From Octopus vulgaris (lineage: Eukaryota), in NCBI GenBank assembly GCA_951406725.2, contig OX597815.1, positions 10,416,001-10,480,000 of the forward strand: a stretch of 64,000 bases of DNA, read 5' to 3'. The position numbers were made by a program, and so were the translations under genes. The notes under the pieces are model-generated. The model made no database searches, had not been told where the DNA came from, and saw only the letters and a program-made list of their open reading frames with translations. The stretch's first letter is position 1, and each line of letters begins with the position of its first letter. Below are positions 53,531 through 64,000 of the stretch, piece by piece.

Positions 53531-53898
53531 ACAGCAGCAACAACAGCAGCAGCCGTCCAAGAATTTGGACCTAGAGATCTCTATTTCCAGGGACTTCGAG
53601 GGCCACCTCCCAGTGGTGTCGGGCGTCAACGAAGAGCCGCTCGAGTACAACAAGACGACCAAAGTTTTATTTTTTTTGCAAGGTCTGGGGTCTCCCGTCC
53701 CTAAGCCCTAGACCATCACCTAATCACCCTTACCCGTCTTGTTGCTTAACAACAACAACAACAACAACAGCAGCAGCAGCAGCAGCAGCACAACTACCAC
53801 CACCACCACCACCACCATTACTGCATTCCCTCTCAATTATTCATACTCTATAGTTCTGCTTCATATTTTGATATACATGACGAAACGTGTATATATAT

Positions 53899-54128
53899 AT
53901 TTCTTTATTGTCCACAAGGGGCTAAACATAGAGGGGACAAACAAGGACAGACAAAGGGATTAAGTCGATTATATCGACCCAGTGCGAAACTGGTACCTTT
54001 ATTTATCGACCCCGAGAGGAGGAAAGGCAAAGTTGACCCCGGCGGAATTTGAACTCAGAACGTAACGACAGACGAAATACCGCTAAGCATTTCGTCCGGC
54101 GCGCTAACGTTTCTGCCAGCTCGCCACC
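53899..54128 (-). mobile_element. SINE family M
   Basis: TSD cgaaacgtgtatatatat on both sides. Confidence 0.9.
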
Positions 54129-54645
54129 TCGAAACGTGTATATATATATTAGACTAGTAACGGTTGTCTACAAGAAATATAACTCACAGTCAACTAACAC
54201 TATACACACTAAGTTCGAAGATGAACAACGTTGATTGAAATTTGAAATTTGTTGCTGTAAGTTTTAATTACCGAACGAACACATACCGAGAACATTGACC
54301 CCGGATATGATTTTTGTTTTTCACAGAGAAATTAATTTTTCTTTTTTGTATTTGACTTCTAACATGTATTGATTATGATGAAGATTTCTTCATAGTAATA
54401 AAAGTAGTTAAAAACAAAAGCAGTTTCAAGAGGATTGGATTAAAATCAACGAAATAAGAAATATAAAGGATTATGAAAATTAAAATAAATTCGCTGAATT
54501 TTTCTTCAGCTTTTCATTTCGTATTTGATATGTTGTTTTCTTGTTGTAATGGCGGTAGTTAGAGTGTTTAGAGTGTTGTTGTTTAACCCCAACTAAGATT
54601 TGATTAAACCGACATGTGGTCAAAAGTGTTCCCTCTGTGACCATA

Positions 54646-54864
54646 GGCGCAGGAGTGGCTGTGTCGTAAGTAGCTTGCTAACCAACCACATGGTTCCGGA
54701 TTCAGTCCCACTGCGTAGCATCTTGGGCAAGTGTCTTCTACTATAGCCCCGGGCCGACCAATGCCTTGTGAGTGTATTTGGTAGACGGAAACTGAAAGAA
54801 GCCTGTCGCATATATGTATGTATATATATATATGTATATATGTATATATATGTATATATATGTG

Positions 54865-54931
<67 letters not shown>

Positions 54932-55156
54932 ATGTGTTTGTGTGTCTGTGTTTGTCCCCCTAGCATTGCTTGACAACCGATGCTGGTGTGTTTACGTCCC
55001 CGTCACTTAGCGGTTCGGCAAAAGGGACGGATAGAATAAGTAGTGGGCTTACAAAGAATAAATCCCGGGGGTCGATTTGCTCGACTAAAGGCGGTGCTCC
55101 AGCATGGCCACAGTCAAATGACTGAAACAAGTAAAAGGGAGTAAAAGAGAAAAGAG
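54646..55156 (+). mobile_element. SINE family C, full length with expanded internal (TA)n
   Basis: Matches the family consensus. Confidence 0.92.
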
Positions 55157-55669
55157 TATAGAAGGAAATTTTTAGAAGCTTCTAATGTTTGCTTTATGTA
55201 TTAAAGAGCATAAACGCGACTTGAAGGATATTTGGCTGTTATTTCTAGAATGGAGAATGACTATGTAGAGCTTCCTTTTGGTGTTTGATATCTGTTGACG
55301 TTATGGCTTCACAGCTGCAGCGCGATACTAACTAGATCACGTGACGAGATGTTATATGCCGTAACGTTTCTTTTTCTTTTTTCTTTTGACATTTTCAATT
55401 TAAAATCTGGAACAAAATCCTTCAAAATTTGTTGTTTCTCAATTGATATTTAATCATGTTTTCGAGATTGTAAAAATTCCATTTCAGACTTGTATTTCAC
55501 ATTGATTATTAATCTAGCGTGGACAGAGGGGTGGTGGTGGTAGGTGAATCCTGCGAAAACCTAAAAGATTCTTTTTTTAAAATATAAACAGAAACAGTAT
55601 GTAAGGAAACTAACGGAAAAGTCCACCAGATTTACATTGGTGAATGTCAAGGTTTGTATTGCTAAAAGT

Positions 55670-57402
55670 GGTTTGTCAAGAACGTAAGAAATAACTATAT
55701 TAAGTGAAGCAGGAAGACATCATCGAAACATAAGGATCAAAGAAGATGAGATGGGCAGAATTGAGGAAATCTACATCAGGTGGCCGAACAAATTATGATG
55801 CTGTTGCTGTGATTATGATTGCAGTAGTGTTGGTAGTGATGCTTTTTGGGTTTGATATTGGTGGCTGTTTTCATGGGCTCGAGAACAGGGGTTGCAGGGG
55901 GTACAAGCGCACCTCCTGATTGGTGGGAGAGGAGTGATCAGTTGATGGGATTGTGTTGAATCAAAGGAAAACGGTTTAGGATGGTATATAAAAAATGGCG
56001 TGGAACCATTTTTGATGCATATCGAAAAGTTCGGCATCATCAAAACTGATAACTGTGTTGAGAAAGTAATTTAAAAAGGAAGAAATCATGAAAAGCAAAT
56101 GGCATGGAAAGGGAAAAAATATACTGTTTGTGAGTAAGAGAAACGTGTGCAAAGAGAGATCCAGAAGGCCGGTGGTTATGGATCCGAGGGAGTAACTTGA
56201 AGATAGAAACAGAAGCACTTATATGCACGGCATAAGAATACGCATTGAGGGCAAATTATATGAAGTGCAGAATTGCTAAAACAACTTAGCAGAATGTAGA
56301 ATGTGTGGAGAGAGTGGGGAAATAGTGTGGCACATTGTTAGTGAATGCTCGAAATTTACACAAAGTTAATATAAAAGGTGATATGACAATGTAACAAGAA
56401 TGATCCATTTGGAGCTTTGTGGAAATTATAGCCTAGAAAAATCCAAGACATGATATGACCAAATCACAGAATGAGTTATTGAGAATGAGGATTGCAAAAT
56501 TCTGTGGGTTGCAATAGTTCAGTGAGACCATCTGATTAACCATCGAAAGCATGGCATTGTTGTGGTAAACAGAAAAAAAATTGTTGTTGGCATCCTTTTT
56601 GTCTCGGGAGACAATGGAGTTGCGCATAAAGTAGTCTTGTCCGGCTTCTACATTTCATGTCCTGATACATTTCCTGCTGTGGCTGTATAGTCCTATCCTG
56701 GACAAACACTCCCTCCGGCAGGTACCGCAAATGTAGCGAAGACTGTTCCTGGCTGGTTGTAATGCCATAGTTTCTTGTTGACGTCTTTTCTTGTCTTTCC
56801 ATTTCTCCTCTCTCTCTCTGTCACTCCTTTGTATTCCCTCTCTTACGGTACGTCGCCAGTCTCCACGGTTGCCGGCAACTGCCTCCCAACCGCTAATATT
56901 GATGTTGTAGGCCTTCATGTCCCTTTTGCAAACATCCTTGTAACGTAAGAGCGGTCTACCCACAGACCTAGTACCCCTAGCAAGGTCTCCGTAGAGTATG
57001 TCCTTGGGGATTCTGTCATCTTTCATACGGCTAACATGCCCAAGCCATCTCAATACTTGTCTGATAATTGATATAGCCTGTCCTGGTGACAACAGAGTTG
57101 AAAAGAGAGAAGAAAAAATGAACAACGATGCTGAATTGAAGTGGGAAATACGCAAGTTGTGGGGAATGACGGAAGCAAACGTGATAGCAGTAGTGATTGG
57201 TGTACTTGAAAGTATCAGTGCCCAACTTCCAGCATGGCTGGAAAAGACTGCAGCGAATGTAAAGGTGGCGCGTTTACAAAAATCATTATTGCTTTGAGTA
57301 TGATTAGTAAATAGGTCTCACCTTAATCTGCTGGCTGTGGACAGCTAACAATTTCCATCATACCCAGTAAAATAAAGCTGAGATTTTTAAATAATAATAA
57401 TG

Positions 57403-57449
<47 letters not shown>

Positions 57450-57450
57450 T
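55670..57450 (+). mobile_element. Degenerate R4/Dong-type LINE 3' region ending in (TAA)n
   Basis: GRGVI..ENGLGWYIKN, LKIETEALIC, CRMCGESGEIVWHIVSEC, then after the insert CLIIDIACPGD..ELKWEIRKLW..VVIGVL. Confidence 0.85.
56580..57056 (-). mobile_element. RTE (BovB-like) LINE 3' end nested in the Dong element
   Basis: LRWLGHVSRMKDDRIPKDILYGDL..GRPLLRYKDVCKRDM..CGTCRRECLSRIGLYSH; (caa)n tail. Confidence 0.92.
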
Positions 57451-57833
57451 AGTGGGACACGTGAGTATTTCATAGTATTAATGGTAAACCTATTGGTTTA
57501 TTTCTGAAAATTTTATCTCACCCTCCCAAAAAAAACCCTGAAAGTGTAGCCTGTGTTGTGTTTGTATGGAAAGATAGTTGCTCATCTGCTACTCATTGAA
57601 AAGTGAAAGAAATTGGAATACGATGATTACTTAATGCATTTTATACTTACACTTTTTAAAATTACGAGTAGGAGAAAGTGTTTAATCAATATCTTTCTCT
57701 TAATAACAATCTTCATAACAATCCATAAGAACGATGGTCAAAGAGGATTATAAGAATTTATACAAGAATAAGAAATATAAATAAAGGTAAATTGAAGTTT
57801 TGGGTATAATTCAGAAAGTAATGATTATACTTA

Positions 57834-58332
57834 CCGTAAATCCTCGAGTATAATCCGCACTTTTCCCCCAAAATTTAAAGGTCAAAATCCCTAGTGCGTA
57901 CTATATACGAGGTTAAAAATGAAAAATATTTTCTAAGCAATGTCCGAGTCTCTATTTGCTGTCCGGCAATGTTTATTCAGACGCATTTTGTGATGTTGGG
58001 CGCGAAAATACTTTAAGCTAAGCCTGAAAGCAAGGAAGTCATAAAAGAATCATCCATAACTTGCAGTAAGCAACATTTATTAAAATAAAAGTATTCAGAA
58101 CACAGAATCACGTGTAACAAAAACAATTTGCAAACATATTTACATTCCCATTATTGTATTACGCATGCACGGAGGTGCTTGTTCGACTAGCTGCTGCTGG
58201 CTAAATTACGCACGAATCAAGTTAGAGAAGTGGTGCGTATTTTACACAAGGTGTAGGTTTTTCAGAGGTACAGCCCCCTAAAAATACCCTGCGTATTACA
58301 CTCAAGGGCGGACCATACTCGAGGATTAACGG
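57834..58332. mobile_element. Tc1/mariner-superfamily (pogo/Tc2-like) MITE
   Basis: TA|ccgtaaatcctcgagtat ... atactcgaggattaacgg|TA; imperfect TIRs with TA TSD. Confidence 0.85.
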
Positions 58333-58532
58333 TAGATAAAAAATTGTTGGTGGATGTATTGATAGTGTAAAATGACTGATAAAAATAACTCCACAGAGAG
58401 GGAGAAAATAATGCAATAAATACGAAGGTAGTATAGAGGGAAAATGAGGGAGAAGGAGAAAAGAGTCAATGAGAATACTCAATATTAAAAAAGGTTAAAA
58501 TATGCTGTAGTTGTGATTGTGCAAAAAAGATA

Positions 58533-58697
58533 GGCGCATGAGTGGCTGTGTGGTAAGTAACTTGCTAATCAACCACATGGTTCCGGGTTCAGTCCCACTG
58601 CGTGGCATCTTGGGCAAGTGTCTTCTGCTATAGCCCCGGGCCGACCAATGCCTTGTGAGTGGATTTGGCAGACGGAAACTGAAAGAAGCCTGTCGTA

Positions 58698-58748
<51 letters not shown>

Positions 58749-58965
58749 TTGTGTGTCTGTGTTTGTCCCCCTAGCATTGCTTGACAACCGATGCTGGTGT
58801 GTTTACGTCCCCGTCACTTAGCGGTTCGGCAAAAGAGACCGATAGAATAAGTACTGGGCTTACAAAGAATAAGTCCCGGGGTCGATTTGCTCGACTAAAG
58901 GCGGTGCTCCAGCATGGCCGCAGTCAAATGACTGAAACAAGTAGAAGAGTAAAAGAGTAAAGAGA
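58533..58965 (+). mobile_element. SINE family C, full length
   Basis: Matches the family consensus. Confidence 0.92.
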
Positions 58966-59149
58966 GAGAGAGAGCTAGTGCAGTGGATAAGGGATGTTTC
59001 AGAGAACTGATTTTGTTGATTTGGAAAGGAACCCCTCCCCCCCCAAAACAATATAAAACAGAAACAGACTGGTGAAAAAGAACACTAAGAAGTAGAAAAT
59101 GAACATCAATACACACACATACACACGTACAAGAAGATACACACAAACA

Positions 59150-59308
59150 TACGACGGGCTTCTTTCAGTTTCCGTGTACCAATTCCACTCGTCAGGCCTT
59201 GGTTGGCCGGAGGTCATACTAGAAGACACTAGCCCAATGTATCATGCGGTGGGATTGAACCTGGAACCATGCAGTTGGGAAGCAAATTCTTACCACATAG
59301 CCACGCTT
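59150..59308 (-). mobile_element. SINE family C, diverged 5' half
   Basis: acgacgggcttctttcagtttccgt...ccacatagccacgc. Confidence 0.8.
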
Positions 59309-59557
59309 ATACACACACACACACACACACACGAATGTATACACTTTCGTACTTATATATTTAAAAATATGTCCATGGGTACAGCGGACTGAACTGTAAT
59401 CATCCCAGGAATAGAGACTTTGATCTGAAGAGACATGTAATTTGTGGAAACGTGCCTAGCGATGCAATAAAATATTTGTAAATTCCGTCCAAGGATTAAT
59501 GATTATCATTGGTATATTTATCCTACATTATATTCAAAACGTTTCCTGTAAACGAAA

Positions 59558-59932
59558 TCTCTCTATGTATAAAGCTGAAGTTGTCTGTATGGCAGGTTTG
59601 GTAGCCTTCAACTAACACTATCTCCTCCGAACCCTGCGGCGCAAGTTGACCAAAATTGAGAGTATGATAGAAGAAGGTTTGCTCTTCCTTCTGTAGAAGA
59701 AAAAATTGAAATCGGACCATGTTAAGACCAAACATTATTTACATCAAGAAGGTGTATATGCATTATTTTTACGATATTTTGACTGCTGTGTCACCATTTT
59801 TCGGTGTATTTCAACCAGAAAAATGTTCACTTAAAGAGAATAACAAGCTACATAATGCAAAATTTTTACTTTTCAAAATTCAAATTCTAAAGGGTCGAAA
59901 CAAACCCGAGCAACGCCGGGCGATACTGCTAG
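59558..59932 (+). mobile_element. Non-autonomous Helitron
   Basis: A|TC start, cccgagcaacgccggg hairpin + CTAG|T end. Confidence 0.88.
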
Positions 59933-60186
59933 TTAAAAGATATATTTAAAAACGTATATGCAAATACACTGATAGAATAAACGTCAGGCTTAAAAAATAA
60001 GAACTCGGGTCGATTCGTTCGACTAAAATTATTCAACGTGGAATTCCAGCATGGCTGCAGTCTCGTGGCTGCAACAAGTAATAGAAAAGGCATAAAAAGA
60101 TATATAAACACACACACACATACATACATACATACATACATACATACATACATACATACATACATACATACATACATAAAACCTAC

Positions 60187-60278
<92 letters not shown>

Positions 60279-60297
60279 GTATATATATATATATATA

Positions 60298-60600
60298 GCA
60301 ATAATAATTCTCTAAAAGAGATATAGACAGTAACTGCTCGATAACATAAGGGACTAAAGCCATCTGAATATGGCTAGGGACAGGGCAGGGTGGTGGGGGT
60401 GTTACTGTTGCATTTAGCCCAGGCGAACATCGACGTCACCAGATAGGCCCGACACCGTCACGGTGTCCTAGGTTAAAGGACACCGTGACGGTGTCGGGCC
60501 TATCTGGTGACGTCGATGTTCGCCTGGGGCTAAATGCAACAGTAACACCCCCACCACCTAGCTGTCCCTAGCCATATTCAGATGGCTTTAGTCCCTTATG

Positions 60601-60604
<4 letters not shown>
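60298..60604. mobile_element. GC-rich fold-back element in (TA)n
   Basis: Arms 60341-60469 / 60477-60604, 7-nt loop, extension of about 43 bp on the left. Confidence 0.8.
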
Positions 60605-60637
<33 letters not shown>

Positions 60638-60640
<3 letters not shown>

Positions 60641-60923
60641 AGGCGCAATGGCCCCGTAGTTAGGGCAGCGGACTCGCGGTTTCGATTACCAGACCGGGCC
60701 TTGTGAGTGTTTATTGAGCGAAAACACCTAAAAAGCTCCACGATGCTCCGGCAGGGGCTGGTGGTGATCCCTGCTGTACTCTTTCGTCACAACTTTCTCT
60801 CACTCTTTCTTCTGTTGGCCTGCTCGCTTAGCCAGCGGGGTGGCGTCATTTGAAGGCTAAAACAATGTGAAGCGCATTGTGACCGGCGATGTGTAGCAAC
60901 ATCTGATAACCTGGTCGGTCAAG

Positions 60924-60928
<5 letters not shown>
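60638..60928 (+). mobile_element. SINE family A, tail type D
   Basis: Same tRNA head (small deletion) with a distinct tail. Confidence 0.88.
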
Positions 60929-60960
<32 letters not shown>

Positions 60961-60966
<6 letters not shown>

Positions 60967-61635
60967 TAGAGGGGAAACCAGTATTGTTATTGCTTTTTCT
61001 TTTGTCTTGCTCGATTAGGCTTTGGTTGTTTAGCTAAATTTTTCTTGAGAAGATTTCTTAGTGGTAAGACCATAGCGGATCTACTTCTAGCATAAGGGTG
61101 TCCACACACTGGTTTCCCTCTAATATGTATATAATACAATTTTACTGAACCTTTTTTTATATGCTAGACCACTGATGTGAAATTGATGTTAATTACATTA
61201 AAATCTAATTTCTCACCCTCATTTAAAATTTATATATATGTATATATAATTAATTAATAAGGGTGAGAGAATTAGATACTAATTTAATAGATATATTTAT
61301 TCAACACCAAGTGGCCTAGTGCTTCGAGAAACCTGGATTATTATAATATTTTATAACATTATAATATTTTTACAAAATAAATATAAGAGAGTGGTCACTA
61401 TATTGCTCACTCTAGCACCAGTTAATCCAAAAGGTTCCAACCACGAAAATACATGCTTACCATGAAAGTCAGTACGATTGTTAGCTCACACGGACAGGGC
61501 AAATAAAAAATAACAAAAATACAGATTATTTTGGGACAATTGTTTCGCTATTAATGAATTAAATGTAATTTTACTTACAAAAATCCATTTGTAGCTCGTC
61601 AGCCAAGACTATCTGGATGAAATCCACTCAATCAC
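60961..61635. mobile_element. Cluster of PLE-terminus-like segments
   Basis: IR 60961-60982 / 61108-61128; 61133-61232 homologous to 42245-42360; 61250 onward is an inverted relative leading to an HHR. Confidence 0.6.
61531..61606 (-). ncRNA. Minimal type I hammerhead with canonical core
   Basis: ttgg-CTGACGA-gcta..41-nt loop..tagc-GAAA-caattg-TC-ccaa; palindromic stem III ACAATTGT. Confidence 0.8.
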
Positions 61636-61639
61636 ATAT

Positions 61640-61875
61640 ATATACTTTATTTAAAGCAGCAGAAAATTCAACAAAACCTGTTACTCTGAGTTTCACGTTG
61701 CCGTTCGTCGGACAGTTTTTGCTAGATTCAATCAAAAACTGTCCGACGAACGACAACGTGAAACTCAGAGTTTTGTTGAATTTTCTGCTGCTTTAAATAA
61801 AGTATATTACTCTACCACTGGTATTTGAGTACTCTTTTTTCCACCTTGTTTCACATTTATGTGTTTACTCCGGTA
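61640..61875. mobile_element. Fold-back PLE-like mini-element
   Basis: Arms 61640-61721 / 61733-61807 with a right-side extension to about 61875, then (TA)n. Confidence 0.8.
61678..61715 (-). ncRNA. Minimal hammerhead motif, U4C core variant
   Basis: ctgt-CCGACGA-acg-gcaa-cgt-GAAA-ctcagag-TA-acag. Confidence 0.68.
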
Positions 61876-62004
61876 TATATATATATATATAGAATTACAT
61901 AAAGACATACACATACTTTCATATATATATCGGCATCTATATATATCTTTATGCATACACACTAATACAACATACATATAACGAGATAGAGATAAAGAGA
62001 TAAC

Positions 62005-62050
<46 letters not shown>

Positions 62051-62276
62051 GGATGGGAGGGAGAGAAAAAAATAATGCTTTCACTCAGGAATGAGCTGTA
62101 ATTAAGCAAATAAAATAAAGTGTTTGGTCGGCCAGAATAATAATATTTATTCAATTATTCGCCTGAGGACTGTAATAATGAAAAAAAAAAACTCCGAGTA
62201 GCGACTTAACGCAGACACTGATCCAAGTAATATACAAACACACACGGACACACACGCACACGCACACACACACATT

Positions 62277-62404
62277 CATCACAAGGCATTGGTCGGCCCG
62301 GGGCTATAGCAGAAGACACTTGCCCAAGATGCCAAGCAGTGGGACTGAACCCGGAACCATGTGGTTGGTTAGAAAGCTACTTACCGCACAGCCACTCCTG
62401 CGCC
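62277..62404 (-). mobile_element. SINE family C, 5' fragment
   Basis: Reverse complement of the head. Confidence 0.85.
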
Positions 62405-62490
62405 TTATATGTATGTTGTATTAGTGTGTATGCATAAAGATATATATAGATGCCGATATATATATGAAAGTATGTGTATATGTCTTTATG

Positions 62491-62542
<52 letters not shown>

Positions 62543-62949
62543 GGAGTAAACACATAAATGTGAAACAAGGTGGAAAAAAGAGTACTCAAATACCAGTGGT
62601 AGAGTAATATAAAAAAAAACTCCGAGTAGCGACTTACGCAGACACTGATCTAAGTAATATACAAATACATACACACACACACGAACACGAACTCGTGCAC
62701 ACACCTTCATCTATGTGTGTAAGTGAATGGATAATCGTCTTTGAAACTTGAGACTTATGATCTGAATCAGATGTTTATCTCCCCATTAAGTGCGCTGCAG
62801 AGAGAAAAAAGGGAACATGTAGGATCTCGATGGGGATTGTGAATTTGGTCGGCATGAGACGATGGAATTTAAACGTTTCTTTTTAATCAGTCGGAAAATT
62901 AAAACAGTCACATTCCAAAACACTGTTGTAAGATAGCCTCGACATTAAC

Positions 62950-63257
62950 CCTCTTCTTCTTCTTCTTCTTCTTCTTCTTCTTCTTCTTCTTCTTCTTCTT
63001 CTTCTTCTTCTTCTTCTTCTTCTTCTTCTTCTTCTTCTTCTTCATCATCATTATCATCATCATCATCGTCATCATGACCATCATCATCGTCATCATCGTC
63101 ATCGTCATCATCATCATGACCATCATCATCATCATCATCATCATCGTCATCATCATCGTCATCGTCATCATCGTCATCGTAATCATCACCATCATCACCA
63201 TCATCACCATCATCATCATCATCATCATCATCATCACCATCACCATCATCATCATCA

Positions 63258-63293
<36 letters not shown>

Positions 63294-63336
63294 TCATCAT
63301 CATCATCGTCATCATCATCATCATCATCATCATCAT
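62950..63336. repeat. (CTT)n then (CAT/CGT)n microsatellite
   Basis: Direct repeats; source of the poly-D/E/M/K pseudo-ORFs. Confidence 0.95.
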
Positions 63337-63442
63337 GACCAGCGTAATGTGAAACAGAGGCGTCGTTAAGGAATCCTGCTTCTGTATCTGTGCAACCGCC
63401 TAAACCATATTTCACGTGCTCGTTCGACAACGGCTGCATTCC

Positions 63443-63524
<82 letters not shown>

Positions 63525-64000
63525 ATAAACAACTCAAATAACGCGCAGTCTTAAGTAAACAAATATGACAAAATTTGTTGTAGGCACAAAGCAATAATAA
63601 TTTAATTCAGAGCCCAATATATTTGCAACTGATATGAAAATGTCTTGGTGAAATATTTGTAGTCAATCTACAGAGAAGGTCGAACACAATTCCTTCAAAT
63701 AACTCATATTCTGTATTTCTGTTTAAATAATTCTGTTATTCCTTTACTGGACAATGAATGTGCCAGGGCTACACGTGCGACAGTTTGAATAATCATATCG
63801 ACCCCCAGTATAGGTTTATTAGTATGTATTCAGAGAGCTAATCTTTGAACTAATACTGCTTCCGTCGCCATTTGTAAATTTCTGTTCAGCCTGATGGCTA
63901 AACGCGACATCAGTTACCTTTCAATCAATGTTTAACTATATCAGTTAGCAACCGATGTTTGCTTGAAATGAGGTGACGTGGATATATTTTGCCCCTGGTA

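Noticed and set aside
60405-60445. HDV-like or hammerhead core inside the GC-rich palindrome
   Set aside because: Could not assemble the required helices or core nucleotides on either strand.

Overview
AT-rich eukaryotic, repeat-saturated non-coding DNA (intronic or intergenic). The SINE families and microsatellite load point to an octopod cephalopod genome, which is an inference. No intact host protein-coding gene is supported: nearly all ORFs in the track are translated microsatellites or SINE sequence. The window holds (i) about 35 copies of three or four tRNA-derived SINE families, one with interchangeable 3' tails; (ii) 3' fragments of R4/Dong-type RLE LINEs in (TAA)n, plus RTE and CR1-type LINEs; (iii) Tc1, mariner, piggyBac and hAT/Buster relics, a MITE, non-autonomous Helitrons and a fossil RepHel ORF; and (iv) many Penelope-like (PLE) termini, often fold-back, sitting in (TA)n tracts. 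The most notable signal is about a dozen hammerhead-ribozyme (HHR) motifs in these PLE termini. They include minimal HHRs with palindromic stem III, cores whose positions 3 and 8 covary (C3:G8, U3:A8, G3:C8), and a family whose core segments occur in a non-circularly permuted order (UH...GAAA...CUGANGA), with compensatory changes between two diverged subfamilies. All RNA structures were derived by eye and need computational and biochemical confirmation.
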